Both the position numbers and the translations under genes were made by a program. 64,000 bases of DNA from Myxococcota bacterium (GTDB lineage: Bacteria > Myxococcota_A > Polyangia > Nannocystales > Nannocystaceae): assembly GCA_039028615.1 (NCBI GenBank), contig JBCCHT010000001.1:480001-544000 (forward strand), read 5' to 3'. This document shows positions 1-10,160 of the stretch, piece by piece. Below the pieces are notes generated by a model. That model searched no databases. It saw nothing but the letters and a program-made list of their open reading frames with translations, and was not told where the DNA came from. Position 1 is the first letter of the stretch. Every line of letters starts with the position of its first letter.

Positions 1-1497
1 GGCCAGGCCACGGGCACGACCGACGTTGCCACCCCCACCCCCGCCGATTCCTCGACCAGCGCGGCCGCAACCGGCACGGAAAGCGGCGGCACGGATTCCA
101 GCAGCAGCAGCGGCACCGTGGAGCCCATCGAGGTCGACGTCGAGGTCTACACCTACGCCAGCCAGCCCATGGTAGTCGACCTCGCGTTCTCGGAGCCCGA
201 CCTCGAGGCCACCCTCGAGCATCCCACCGACCCCGGGGTGCGCTTCGGCCCCGTCGCGGGGGAAGAGGGCGAGACCTGGGTCCGCGTGCGAGGCCTGGCA
301 CCGGAGACGATGCACGAGCTGGACTGGTCGGTCGAAGCGCCCAGCGGCGCCACCGACGAGGGGCAGACCGCCTTCGAGACCCTCGCCCCCCTGCCCGGCT
401 ATATCCCTTCGTTCGACATCGAGGGCAGCGGCGAAGGCTTCGGCGGCTTCGTGCTCTTCGACCTGCTCGCCCTGACCCCCGACGCCCCCGCCTCGCTGTT
501 CATGATCGACACCGAGGGCCAGACCCGCTGGCACACGGGTCGCCAGGACGGGATCATCGGGCCCGCCACCGTCTTCGCCGGAGCCAAGCTCCTCGACGAC
601 GGCTCGCTGATGTTCCTCCGCAACTTCACCCTGTTCGTGATCGACGAGCTGGGCACCGAGCAGCTCGCGCTGACCTCGGAGGCAATGGGACTGCTCGGCC
701 TGCACCACGACGTGATCGAGCTGCCCAACGGCAACTTCCTCGCGCTGTCGTTCATCTTCCGCGACGTCGACTATCCCGACATCGGCCTCACCCACGTGGC
801 GGGCGACCTCATCGTAGAGATCGACCGCACGGGCAGCATCGTCTGGGAGTGGGACTCCTTCGATCACCTCGACCCGCTGCGCCGCCGCGAGGGCTTCGAC
901 GTGCTCATCTTCGACGTCGAGACGGGGGAAAACGGCCAGGACTGGACCCACGGCAACGGTGTCATCTACGACGAAGCCTCCGATACCGTGCTGTTCTCGG
1001 CGCGGCACCAGGACTGGCTCGTGCAGATCGACCGCGGCAGCGGGGACGTGCAGTGGCGCCTGGGCCCCGAGGGTGACTTCGGGCTCGAGGGCGGCGGCGA
1101 GTTCTTCTATCACCAGCACTCGCCGCAGTGGCAGGACGACGGCAGCCTGCTGCTGTACGACAACGGCGTCGGCAACCCGAACCTCGCCGACGAGCTCGAG
1201 ACTTCGCGGGCGATTCGCTACGACCTGAACACCACCACCATGATGGCGACGCAGGTCTGGGAAGACGCGGCCGAGGACTTCGTGGCGCCCATCGCGGGTG
1301 ATGCCGATCGACTGCCCGACGGCAGCATCCTGGTCACCGACTCCTCCATCGACATGAACATCGGCCAGATCTACGCCCGGGTTCGCGAGATCGACGAGGA
1401 GACCTCCGATACGCCGCAGTGGTCGTTCACCACCGACATCGGGACCTTCATCTATCGCTGTGTGCCCTCGCTGCGGCTGGCCGGCGAAGTCGACTGA
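1..1497 (+). CDS. Arylsulfotransferase (ASST)-family beta-propeller protein, 5'-partial
   Basis: Frame is open from base 1 (GQATGTTDVATPTPADSSTS..., Ser/Thr tether). ASST-like motifs: HHDVIELPNGN, WEWDSFDHLD, DWTHGNG, HQHSPQ, LYDNG. Confidence 0.8.
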   Translation, partial: GQATGTTDVATPTPADSSTSAAATGTESGGTDSSSSSGTVEPIEVDVEVYTYASQPMVVDLAFSEPDLEATLEHPTDPGVRFGPVAGEEGETWVRVRGLAPETMHELDWSVEAPSGATDEGQTAFETLAPLPGYIPSFDIEGSGEGFGGFVLFDLLALTPDAPASLFMIDTEGQTRWHTGRQDGIIGPATVFAGAKLLDDGSLMFLRNFTLFVIDELGTEQLALTSEAMGLLGLHHDVIELPNGNFLALSFIFRDVDYPDIGLTHVAGDLIVEIDRTGSIVWEWDSFDHLDPLRRREGFDVLIFDVETGENGQDWTHGNGVIYDEASDTVLFSARHQDWLVQIDRGSGDVQWRLGPEGDFGLEGGGEFFYHQHSPQWQDDGSLLLYDNGVGNPNLADELETSRAIRYDLNTTTMMATQVWEDAAEDFVAPIAGDADRLPDGSILVTDSSIDMNIGQIYARVREIDEETSDTPQWSFTTDIGTFIYRCVPSLRLAGEVD

Positions 1498-1500
1498 CCG

Positions 1501-2646
1501 GTGGATCGACAACGCTACGAGCTGCTCATCGTGGGCGCGGGCCCGGCCGGCTGTGCGGCGGGCATCGAAGCGGCCGCGGCGGGTCTGCGGGTAGGCGTGG
1601 TCGATCGAGCGACGTTTCCCCGCGCCAAGACCTGCGGGGATGCGGTCTCCAACCGCGCGTCGGCCCTGGTGGATACGCTGGTGGGCCGCCCCGACGCGCT
1701 GCGCAGCATCCCGCATGCGGTGGTGAACGCGGGCGCGGCCGTCTTTCCCGACGGCGGGCGAGTGGTGCGGCCGCTGGAATCTGCGTTCATCGTCCCGCGA
1801 CTGCACCTGGACGATCTGCTGCGACAGGCCCTCGAAAGAGCCGGGGCCACCGTTCGTCAGGGCGTCGCCGTCCGACGGCTGCGAATGCACGGAGACCGCG
1901 TCGTCGGGGCCGAGGCTGATGGCCTGCAGATCGAGGCCGATGCGGTCATCGCCGCGGACGGCCCCGGCTCCATCGCCTGGACCGCCCTGGGGCAGCCCTA
2001 TCGCCGCGGCGTGCACCTGGGTGTGGCGATCACCGCCTACCACGAGGGCGTGGACATGGGCGCCCACCGACACACCAGCGAGCACTACTTCGAGCCCGAC
2101 CTCGACGCGGGCTACGGCTGGGTCTTCCCCGCGGTCGATGGCGTGGCCAACATCGGCGTCTATCAGCGCGCCGACCGTTTCAAGGCCCACGACGACGACC
2201 TGCCGACCCTGCTGGCGCGGTTCATCGAGCGCCACCCGGAGCGCCTCGGGCACAGCCGGTCGGTGGCCAAGCCCCGCCGCTGGGCCCTGCCCCTGATGTC
2301 GCGCCCCTGGCCCCCGGCCGGTCCCGGCCTGCTCACGTGCGGCGACGCGGCCTTTTGCATCGATCCGCTCTCCGGCGAAGGCATCTTTCAGGCCCTGCAC
2401 AGCGGCGCGTTGGCGGGCCGTACCGTGGCCTCCGCCCTCGCGCGGCACGGCGTCGATCGGGGCGTGGCCCTGCGCTACCGCATGCGCTGCGCGGCGACCC
2501 TCGGCGTCACCGCGGTGGCCCGCCTGGCGATCCAAGAAGGTATGAGTCAGGTGGTGCGGCGGCGCTGGTACCAGCGCTCTGCTGTGCGTGCCCTGCTGCA
2601 TCGGGGCTACGGCAGCCAGGCATTCGAGGTCAGCAAGCGAGTGTAG
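1501..2646 (+). CDS. Geranylgeranyl reductase-family FAD-dependent oxidoreductase
   Basis: GAGPAG FAD motif, FPRAKTCGD, ADG, GYGWVFP, GDAA...PLSGEGI. Confidence 0.85.
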   Translation: MDRQRYELLIVGAGPAGCAAGIEAAAAGLRVGVVDRATFPRAKTCGDAVSNRASALVDTLVGRPDALRSIPHAVVNAGAAVFPDGGRVVRPLESAFIVPRLHLDDLLRQALERAGATVRQGVAVRRLRMHGDRVVGAEADGLQIEADAVIAADGPGSIAWTALGQPYRRGVHLGVAITAYHEGVDMGAHRHTSEHYFEPDLDAGYGWVFPAVDGVANIGVYQRADRFKAHDDDLPTLLARFIERHPERLGHSRSVAKPRRWALPLMSRPWPPAGPGLLTCGDAAFCIDPLSGEGIFQALHSGALAGRTVASALARHGVDRGVALRYRMRCAATLGVTAVARLAIQEGMSQVVRRRWYQRSAVRALLHRGYGSQAFEVSKRV

Positions 2647-2659
2647 TAGCCTGCGGCGC

Positions 2660-4597
2660 ATGCGGCCCCTCCCTCGGGTCCTGCGACGCACCGCCGCCGG
2701 GCTGTGGCTCGCCTCGGCGGTCGTCCTCGTCTTCGGGGGCCCGGTCGCGATGCTGTGGTACTTCGGCGGCGAACGCCTGCTGAGCACCGTGCCCTACGGC
2801 GGGTTCGACTACGACACCCACGTCTCGCAAGTGTGGCGCGTCCTCGAGGGGCTCCGCGGTTGGGGCAAGACCTGGATCTACGACGTCCAGCACCTCGCCG
2901 GGTATCCCAACGGCACCATCTTCGACGCCGACAACAAGGGCTGGGAGGCCTTCACCTGGGCGCTGGTCTCCATGGGGGTGCCGCAGGGCCAGGCCTTCAA
3001 CCTGTTCATCATCACCGCCCACCTGCTGGTCTCCCCCGTCGTCTACGTCTCGGCCCGCCTCTTCGGCCTGCGCCACAACGCCTCGTTGTCGGCCGCGGCG
3101 ATGGCCGTGCTGTACTGGTTTTTCGACTCGTGGATCCACTGGGAGTGGTTCGTGGGCATGGTGGCCTACGCCTTCGCCAGCTACCTGTTCCTGCTGCCCT
3201 TCGCCGCGTTCTACCGCTGGATCAAAGAGCGTCGCGCATGGCAGGCCGGTCTGTGTGCCGTCTCGATGGCCCTGGCGCACCTCGTCCACCCCTACACCTT
3301 CTTCTTGTTGGTGGGGCCGATGGCGGTGCTCTACCTCCGCGAGGCCCGGAGCCTCAGCCGAGGGGAGCACGCCGTGGTCTGGGGCATCGCGGGGGTCACC
3401 GTGCTGTTCAACGGGGTGTGGCTCGGCGTCGCCCTGTCCTTTTGGCACTACATCCTCGACTCCTCGCTCTTCGCCGACACCACGCTGGACTCGCTGCTGT
3501 GGGACATGTTCGGGCTGCTCGGCGATCCCACCGCGATGGGGGTCATCGGCAACCGCACCGGCTTTCGCTTCACCCTGCTCGCCGGGGCATTGATGGGGCT
3601 GTGGGCCTGGTGGCGACGCTCGGACGATCGCACCGCTCCCTTTGCCGTCGGCCTGGGCATCCTGCTCGCGCTGACCTATCTGGGCGGCTACACCTTCTTC
3701 GCCAACATCCAGCCTCACCGCCACGTGGGCCCCACCGGGTTCATGGCCATCATTCCCTGCGCGGGCGCGCTCGAGCTGGCCTGGAAGGAACGACTGTGGA
3801 CGCGACTGTCACGGCCGGCCATCGCCCTGCTCGTCGTGCTCGGTGTTCCGGCGGCGCAGCACCTTTCGCGCGACATCCTGTACTTCACCGAGCGCTCGCT
3901 GCCCGAGCCGCGGCCGCTGATGGATGGGCAGCGCGTCTACTACACGATGCTCGGCTACGGGCCCCACGGCGACTTCAGCTACGGTCGGTGGCAGCACGAC
4001 GAGCTCGCGCAGTGGGTCCGCGACCACGACACCCGCCGCAGCCGATTCTTGGTCGACGGCTGGCACGTGGGGGAGCAGCTGGTCTGGAAGACCAAGGCCC
4101 AGATCATCGGCGGCTTCATCTGGCGCAACCTCGAGCACAGCTGGGCCAACTTCTTCCGGCTCCGGCCCCAGGGGATTTCCACCCCCGCCGAGCTGCAGAA
4201 GTACCTCGAGACCTACGCGATCGAGTACGTGATCATCTCGACGCCCCAGGATCTGGCGCCGTGGTGGGACAAGAACCCGTTGCTCGAGCGCGTGAAGACC
4301 ATCGAGCACGTTCGCATCTACCGCACGAAGGCCCAGCCCAACCTGTTCATCGAGGGCAACGGCCTCATCGACGCGCGAACGAACCGCATCGGGGTGTCGG
4401 GGACCGACCCGAACGAAGACGTCGTGATCCGCTATCACTGGCTGGAGACGCTGGTGTGTGAGCCGGACTGCTCGCTCGAGCGGGTGCCGATCGAGACCGA
4501 CAAGGTCGGCTTCATCCGGGTGCCCGCGCCTCACCCCGCCGATTTCGCCATCGTCAATTCCTACCAGCGCGTGGCGGACCCTCCACCGCTGGACTGA
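2660..4597 (+). CDS. Polytopic membrane protein, GT-C-like (PTPS-related/YfhO-like), with soluble C-terminal domain
   Basis: About 10 hydrophobic segments; DYDTH...W...LAGYP loop after TM1; ATG at 2660 chosen, 13 nt after the upstream stop. Confidence 0.6.
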   Translation: MRPLPRVLRRTAAGLWLASAVVLVFGGPVAMLWYFGGERLLSTVPYGGFDYDTHVSQVWRVLEGLRGWGKTWIYDVQHLAGYPNGTIFDADNKGWEAFTWALVSMGVPQGQAFNLFIITAHLLVSPVVYVSARLFGLRHNASLSAAAMAVLYWFFDSWIHWEWFVGMVAYAFASYLFLLPFAAFYRWIKERRAWQAGLCAVSMALAHLVHPYTFFLLVGPMAVLYLREARSLSRGEHAVVWGIAGVTVLFNGVWLGVALSFWHYILDSSLFADTTLDSLLWDMFGLLGDPTAMGVIGNRTGFRFTLLAGALMGLWAWWRRSDDRTAPFAVGLGILLALTYLGGYTFFANIQPHRHVGPTGFMAIIPCAGALELAWKERLWTRLSRPAIALLVVLGVPAAQHLSRDILYFTERSLPEPRPLMDGQRVYYTMLGYGPHGDFSYGRWQHDELAQWVRDHDTRRSRFLVDGWHVGEQLVWKTKAQIIGGFIWRNLEHSWANFFRLRPQGISTPAELQKYLETYAIEYVIISTPQDLAPWWDKNPLLERVKTIEHVRIYRTKAQPNLFIEGNGLIDARTNRIGVSGTDPNEDVVIRYHWLETLVCEPDCSLERVPIETDKVGFIRVPAPHPADFAIVNSYQRVADPPPLD

Positions 4598-4602
4598 ACG
4601 CG

Positions 4603-5379
4603 ATGGCCGACGACCCGACGAGCCGAGACACGCTCGAGACGAACACCGCCTCCTGGGACCAGCACGCGCGCCGCTACCAGGCCTCCGCCGCGCTGAGCCT
4701 GGACGAGGTCGATTTCGGAGACCCGCTGTTTCCCACCGAGTCCGACCTGAAGGTGCTCGGCGACGTCGCAGGCAAGCGCGTGGTGGAGCTCGGCTCTGGG
4801 GGCTGCAACTGCGGCATCGCGCTGGCCAAGCAGGGTGCCCGGGTGACGTGCCTCGATATCTCCGCCGAGCAGCTGCGCATCGGACGAGCGCACGCGGACG
4901 CGGCCGGGGTACACATCGAGACGGTGGAAGCGGGGGCCCACGAGGTCTCCCGCTTCGGTCCCGCCGCGTTCGACCTCGCCATCGCCATCGCCTCGCTCAA
5001 CTATGTGCCCGACCTCGACGAGGTGTTCTTGCGGGTCTTCGAGGCGCTGGCTCCGGGCGGTCGCTTCGTGTTCAGCGTCCCCCACCCGTTCATGAACGCC
5101 TTCGAGGCGTCCGTACTCTCCCCGCAGGACCAGGCCGACCCCCACTATGGCTATCGCGGTCCGATGCGATGGAAGTGGGACGACGACGATGCCTTCGAGT
5201 TCGTCACGTACCGCCGCACCATCGCCGACCTCGTCGGCGGCGTCATCCGCTGCGGCTTTCGGCTCGACCGTTTCGAAGAGCTGCTTCCGAAGCGACCGGA
5301 GCCGGAGTGGAACGAGGTCGAGCACGAGGTCCGCACGCGGTTCCCGTCCATCTTGGTGATTGCCGCAGACAAGCCATGA
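4603..5379 (+). CDS. Class I SAM-dependent methyltransferase
   Basis: VVELGSGG motif I, LDISAEQL, FDLA, LAPGGRFVFSVPHP. Confidence 0.85.
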   Translation: MADDPTSRDTLETNTASWDQHARRYQASAALSLDEVDFGDPLFPTESDLKVLGDVAGKRVVELGSGGCNCGIALAKQGARVTCLDISAEQLRIGRAHADAAGVHIETVEAGAHEVSRFGPAAFDLAIAIASLNYVPDLDEVFLRVFEALAPGGRFVFSVPHPFMNAFEASVLSPQDQADPHYGYRGPMRWKWDDDDAFEFVTYRRTIADLVGGVIRCGFRLDRFEELLPKRPEPEWNEVEHEVRTRFPSILVIAADKP

Positions 5380-5551
5380 CCCGAAGGCCCACACCACCGT
5401 GCCAGTGTACGAAAACGAGCACCGTCGCGGCGACACGCGGACCCCACCAACGATGGCCCAACGGTGAAACGATGTAGCCCAGCACCGTCGACATCGGGAC
5501 GAAGTTACGACCCGACCACCTACATACCGCGGCTCACCTCCCTGCCATTGT

Positions 5552-5560
5552 TGATAGAAT
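5552..5560 (+). promoter_or_regulatory. Extended -10 element (TGnTAGAAT)
   Basis: tgatagaat lies 6 nt before the GTG at 5567, at the end of a 187-nt intergenic region. Confidence 0.45.
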
Positions 5561-5566
5561 CCGAAT

Positions 5567-6136
5567 GTGCCAGCGAAGATGGCGAAGGGTAGTGGTTTCG
5601 TCGTTTGTCGGGCGTACATGCTCGAACAACTCGGAGCGACCACCTACGGTGAATTGTCGGCACGAGTGCCCGATGAGTATCGAGAGCCCGTCGACGCCCC
5701 ACTGCCCTCCAAGTGGTACCCAGACGCCGCCTACGCGGCGATGAACGAGGCCTACGTCCAGGTCCGTGGGTTCTCCGACATCGAGTCTTGTCGCGCCGAC
5801 TTCGAGGCCATGGGCGAGCGGACGGCCCACGAGAACCTCAATGGAGTGTATCGAGCGCTGATGCGCTTCATGAAGAGCAGCGGCGCGCTGGCCATGCTCC
5901 CGCTGGCGTGGAAGCAATACTTCAAGGCATCGAGCTGCCATACCAAGCGCCACGGCGACGGCCGAGCCACGCTCACCGTGCGCAATGCATCCATCTCGTA
6001 TCTCGCTCCGGTCGCGGTCGGCTGGCAACGTGCCGCACTCCGTATCGCCTCGGGTCCCCAGGCCACCGTCCGGGAGTGTGGGTTCGACGAAGGCCGGATC
6101 AGCGCGGATCCGATGGTCTACGAGCTGACCTGGTAG
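5567..6136 (+). CDS. Myxobacterial hypothetical protein (TIGR02265/DUF2378-like)
   Basis: KG...WYP...G...A..N pattern resembling this family; alternative ATG at 5579. Confidence 0.55.
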   Translation: MPAKMAKGSGFVVCRAYMLEQLGATTYGELSARVPDEYREPVDAPLPSKWYPDAAYAAMNEAYVQVRGFSDIESCRADFEAMGERTAHENLNGVYRALMRFMKSSGALAMLPLAWKQYFKASSCHTKRHGDGRATLTVRNASISYLAPVAVGWQRAALRIASGPQATVRECGFDEGRISADPMVYELTW

Positions 6137-6142
6137 GGCGCG

Positions 6143-7318
6143 TCAGCGGTGGCGCGGCGCGTAGCCGAGGCCCACGCTGAACCCGGGTGCGACCGGCCAG
6201 GTCGAGACCTCGCGCTGTCCGTCGTCGCTGGTCAGCGACAGGCGCGACAGGTGAACCCACAGCTCGGCGAGGAAGGTCAGCCGCACCTTGTGGTCGTCGG
6301 GACCGAGGTACAGCGCCAGGCCTCCGCGGGCGCTGGCCGTGGCGAGTAACTGGGTACGTCGCGGGCCCGGCTGCACTTCGGGCCCCGCCCCGCTGACTGC
6401 ACGGGGCCGAATGAAGGCCAGGTCTCCGCCTGCGCCCAGCTCACCCACCCAGCGAATCGCAGGTCGCCGTGCCGCCGCCTCGAGCCCGACGAAGAACTGA
6501 CCGGATGCGAACAGCAGATCGTTTTGGAGGGCACCGATCTCGACCACGGGAGGCACCCCGACGCCGAACCACGCGCCTCCGCCGATGCCGAGCGGAGCCT
6601 CGCTGCGCAGCTTGAAGCCGATCCGAGCGCTGTGCACGGGTGGCAGGTCGTGCCGGAATGCCCGCATCGCATACGCGGCCCCGATCGCCGACTCGATGCC
6701 CGGCCGAGCTTCGGGCGCGGGCGCGACAACGACACTGGCCTCGGTTTCCGGCTCGGCCTCGCCTTCGATTGCGGGTTCTGGCTCCCCCGGTGGTTCGACT
6801 TCGGTGGGCGGTGCCTGGACGGGCGCGGGCGAGCTCTCGGCCCCCTGCTGCTCCCGAAACGCCTGCGTCGAGATGCCGATGCTGCCCCCCGCGAGCAGGG
6901 CCTCGACGCTGCTGCCGGTAATGAACGCAATCTCCTCGCGCAGGACCTCGTCCATGCCGTCGGGAGCGGGCAGTCGCCGCACCAAGATCCGCTCCCACGT
7001 CGAATCCACCACGAACAGCTCCGGGCTCTGCTCGGCGGTCACGAAGATGTGCGCGAGGGCCCCGTCTTCGCCGACTTGCGCGGGGCGAAGGACCTCCATG
7101 ATGTCGAGCGCATCGACCTCGATCAGGGACAGCTCGATGTCGAGCGGCTCGAGCGTCTCCCGGATGCGCTCCACCACCGGGCCTCGAACCTCGGCGGGCC
7201 CCGAGACGGTGACCTCCACACGAGCGGTCGACACCGCCGCGCGCGTCGATGGATCCTCGTGTACCTCGACGCCCGGAGACCCCGAAGCGACCAGCAGACC
7301 CGCGAGGAACAAACGCAA
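6143..7318 (-). CDS. Exported protein with probable C-terminal outer-membrane beta-barrel-like domain
   Basis: N-terminal signal-like sequence, Pro/Glu linker, amphipathic Gly/aromatic strands ending GFSVGLGY; third gene of the ECF operon. Confidence 0.6.
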   Translation of the reverse strand: MRLFLAGLLVASGSPGVEVHEDPSTRAAVSTARVEVTVSGPAEVRGPVVERIRETLEPLDIELSLIEVDALDIMEVLRPAQVGEDGALAHIFVTAEQSPELFVVDSTWERILVRRLPAPDGMDEVLREEIAFITGSSVEALLAGGSIGISTQAFREQQGAESSPAPVQAPPTEVEPPGEPEPAIEGEAEPETEASVVVAPAPEARPGIESAIGAAYAMRAFRHDLPPVHSARIGFKLRSEAPLGIGGGAWFGVGVPPVVEIGALQNDLLFASGQFFVGLEAAARRPAIRWVGELGAGGDLAFIRPRAVSGAGPEVQPGPRRTQLLATASARGGLALYLGPDDHKVRLTFLAELWVHLSRLSLTSDDGQREVSTWPVAPGFSVGLGYAPRHR

Positions 7319-7327
7319 TGGACTCTC

Positions 7328-8167
7328 TCAGCGCTCGAGGGCTCGGGTCGCCTCTTGGAGGTAGACCGAGTCGGGGAAGCGAGCGAGCAGATGTTCCCAC
7401 GCCTTGCGCTCCGCCGCACTGTCCCCCAACTTGCGATGCGCCCGGGCAATGCCCGCCGCGGCCTCCGGCGCCAGGCTCCCGCTCGGATTCCGCCGCAGAT
7501 ACTCCTCGAAGGCCTTCACCGCTCGCCGTGGCTCGTCGGTGCGCGTCAAGTACAGGCGCCCCATCGCCATATGGGAGGTCGCCGCCTCGCGGGTGGTGGG
7601 GAACTGCCGCTGTAGACGACGGTACAGTCCCAAGGCCACTGCGTACCGCCCTCCTCTGCGCTCGGCGTTGGCTCGCGTCAGTAGCTCTGCGGCAGTCTCC
7701 ATCCGTTTGCTCCGAGAATGCGTTCGCGCCACCGCGGGCGGAGCGGGTGAGGCTGAATCCTCGGTGGCGGACTCCGAGGCAGGCGTGGGTACTTCGGGTA
7801 CGAGCTCGCGCTCGGCTTTGGGTTCGGCCTCGATCGTCGGCGCCACGGCGGGAGCCGCCGGGCGCTCGGGCACGCTCGGCTTCACCTCGGTCGCGGGCGA
7901 CGACGCGACGGTCGACACCACAGCGGACGGCTCGGGCTCCGGCTCGGGACCAAACACCATCACCGCGCCCCCCAGGACCACCGCCGCGATTGCGACGAGC
8001 GTCAGCGTACCGGCAATCGACGCCGATGCAGCGGCGGGACTCGCCGCCTCGGCGGCTCCGCTCATCCGCTCGAGCAACGCTTCGTCGCCGTCCCGCGGAG
8101 CACCGAGCTCACGGTAAGCCCCCTCCAGCTGCTGCGCCCATTCGTCGGCGTGGTCGATCTCCGTCAT
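7328..8167 (-). CDS. Membrane-anchored TPR protein, putative anti-sigma factor
   Basis: One TM (TLVAIAAVVLGGAVMVF), Pro/Ala linker, TPR-like helices (YRRLQRQFP, FEEYLRRNPSGSLAPEA); ATGA overlap with the sigma gene. Confidence 0.7.
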   Translation of the reverse strand: MTEIDHADEWAQQLEGAYRELGAPRDGDEALLERMSGAAEAASPAAASASIAGTLTLVAIAAVVLGGAVMVFGPEPEPEPSAVVSTVASSPATEVKPSVPERPAAPAVAPTIEAEPKAERELVPEVPTPASESATEDSASPAPPAVARTHSRSKRMETAAELLTRANAERRGGRYAVALGLYRRLQRQFPTTREAATSHMAMGRLYLTRTDEPRRAVKAFEEYLRRNPSGSLAPEAAAGIARAHRKLGDSAAERKAWEHLLARFPDSVYLQEATRALER

Positions 8168-8838
8168 GACTCCGGCTCCAGTAGGCGGCGGAGGTGAGGC
8201 CGCTTGGCCAGCTTGCGGCGCACCGCGGCCATCCCGAGGCGCACGCGACTGCGAATGGTGTTGATGGGAGCGTCCGCCGTCTGGGCCACCGTGGCCAGGT
8301 CCTGCCCCAGGGCGATGCGAAGGAACAATGCCTCGGCCTGATCGGAAGGAAGCTCGTCGAGCAGGACCGACAGCGCCTCGGCCCGCCGCAGGGCCACCGC
8401 GTTGGATTCCGGGTCGCCCTCGCCTTGGCCCGACCCGGGCTCGGGCGCGAAGTCCATGTCCACCGTGCGCGCCAGTCGTCGACGCGCTCGCATCGCATTG
8501 CGCACGGTGATTCGAATCGCGTATCCGCTGACGGCCATCGGCTCTTGGATGGAAGGCAACGCGCGACTCAAGGCGATCAAACTTTCTTGCGCGACATCAT
8601 CGGCGTCGGCCCGCCCTCGCACGCCCATCACGCGTCGGGCCGCACTGAGCACGTCCGGCGCGATCAGCCGAATCAGGGCTCCGACCGCCGCCCGATCCCC
8701 CGACTTGGCGCGTTCGACGAGCCCGACCATTTCGTCCGGCTGCGTCGAAGACGCGCTCGACCGCGCCTGCGGCGGGTCACTCCGCCCGTGACGGGGCGCG
8801 TGCACCCCGGGCGGCATGTCGATGGACTTGGCGAGCAT
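8164..8838 (-). CDS. ECF RNA polymerase sigma factor
   Basis: GDRAA, DADDVAQE (region 2); LDELP...EALFL, INTIRSRVRLG (region 4); start could be 8817. Confidence 0.9.
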   Translation of the reverse strand: MLAKSIDMPPGVHAPRHGRSDPPQARSSASSTQPDEMVGLVERAKSGDRAAVGALIRLIAPDVLSAARRVMGVRGRADADDVAQESLIALSRALPSIQEPMAVSGYAIRITVRNAMRARRRLARTVDMDFAPEPGSGQGEGDPESNAVALRRAEALSVLLDELPSDQAEALFLRIALGQDLATVAQTADAPINTIRSRVRLGMAAVRRKLAKRPHLRRLLEPES

Positions 8839-8945
8839 CCCCGTTGGGTATGAGGCCCCGACTCGTGCGATCCGATCAACGAAAGAGACGATCGACCCGA
8901 CATTTTTTTGATCGCCGCCCCGGTAGGCTCTCCTCGTACGTTGAG

Positions 8946-10145
8946 ATGACGCACCGATTCGCCCACCCGAGCTGCAAATTCCGCACGTTCGGGGCCACCG
9001 TGGTTGCTCTCCCGGTATGGCTCGCCGCCGCGGGCTGCCCCGCCCCGGTCGACACGGGGCTATCGGGGCTATCGACCACCACGGACGCGGACACGGGCAC
9101 GACGGGCGCAGCCAGCAGCGAGGGCGACGACGGGCTCGACGGCACCACGTCGGCGCTGCTCGACATCGGCGATGGCCAGGCCACCCAGACCTCGGGAGAC
9201 CAGGGGGTCACCGGCTGCAAGGGCGTCGATTTCCTCTTCGTCATCGACAACTCGGGCTCCATGAACCCGCATCAGCAGGCGCTGATCGACAGCTACCCGG
9301 AGTTCATCGACACCATCGAGACCCGTCTGCAGAAGCTGGGGGCGAACTCCTTCCACGTGATGGTCACGGATACGGACGAACGTTCCGTCCTGCCGCCGGA
9401 CCCCCAGTGCGAAAAGCAGTGCTTCATGCAGGGGCTCATGGGCAGCTGCTCCATCACCGGCGAGTCGTGCGAGTACTACAACCCCATGTGTGTCCCCGAG
9501 TGCATGGACGATCCAACCGGCACCTGCGGCATCGTGGACTGCGTGGCGCTCACCGGCTGCGACGACGCCTGTGAGTGCGAGCTCGGCTCGGGCGTGACCG
9601 AGAGCGAACAGGGAGACGCCTGCGGCCTCACCGGCACGGGGCGGTTCATGGACGATACGCAGCCCGCCCCCCACGAGACCTTCAGCTGCATGGCGGCCGT
9701 GGGGACGAGCGGCGCGGGTGCCGAGCGACAAATGGGCGCGCTGATCACCGCGCTCAGCGACACCAACAACGACGAGGGCGGCTGCAACGAGGGGTTCCTC
9801 CGCGACGATGCAATCTTGGTGATCACGCTGGTGACCGACGAGGACGACGAGTCGACCGGGCTCGACCCCGACGTGCTCGTCACCGCGGTCAAGGACACCA
9901 AGCCCGACGACGACGCGGGCATCGTGGTCCTGGGGCTCATCAGCGACTTCGGGCTCCCCGATGCGACCTGCATCGCCAAAAACGGCGACGACGGGGCCGA
10001 GCCCGCGCCCAACCTGCACCAGTTCGTGGATGGCTTCGAGCGCCACCAGACCGGCTCGATCTGCGCGGACAACTACGCGGACTTCTTCGCCCAGGCGGTC
10101 GAGCTCATCGACATCGCCTGCGAAGAATACGAGCCCGTGCCCTGA
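8946..10145 (+). CDS. Cys-rich lipoprotein with vWA-like (MIDAS) domain
   Basis: Lipobox LAAAGC, Thr/Ser tether, DFLFVIDNSGSM (DxSxS), GFLRDDAILVITLVTDEDD. Confidence 0.75.
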   Translation: MTHRFAHPSCKFRTFGATVVALPVWLAAAGCPAPVDTGLSGLSTTTDADTGTTGAASSEGDDGLDGTTSALLDIGDGQATQTSGDQGVTGCKGVDFLFVIDNSGSMNPHQQALIDSYPEFIDTIETRLQKLGANSFHVMVTDTDERSVLPPDPQCEKQCFMQGLMGSCSITGESCEYYNPMCVPECMDDPTGTCGIVDCVALTGCDDACECELGSGVTESEQGDACGLTGTGRFMDDTQPAPHETFSCMAAVGTSGAGAERQMGALITALSDTNNDEGGCNEGFLRDDAILVITLVTDEDDESTGLDPDVLVTAVKDTKPDDDAGIVVLGLISDFGLPDATCIAKNGDDGAEPAPNLHQFVDGFERHQTGSICADNYADFFAQAVELIDIACEEYEPVP

Positions 10146-10160
10146 GCGAGCCGGGGCGAG

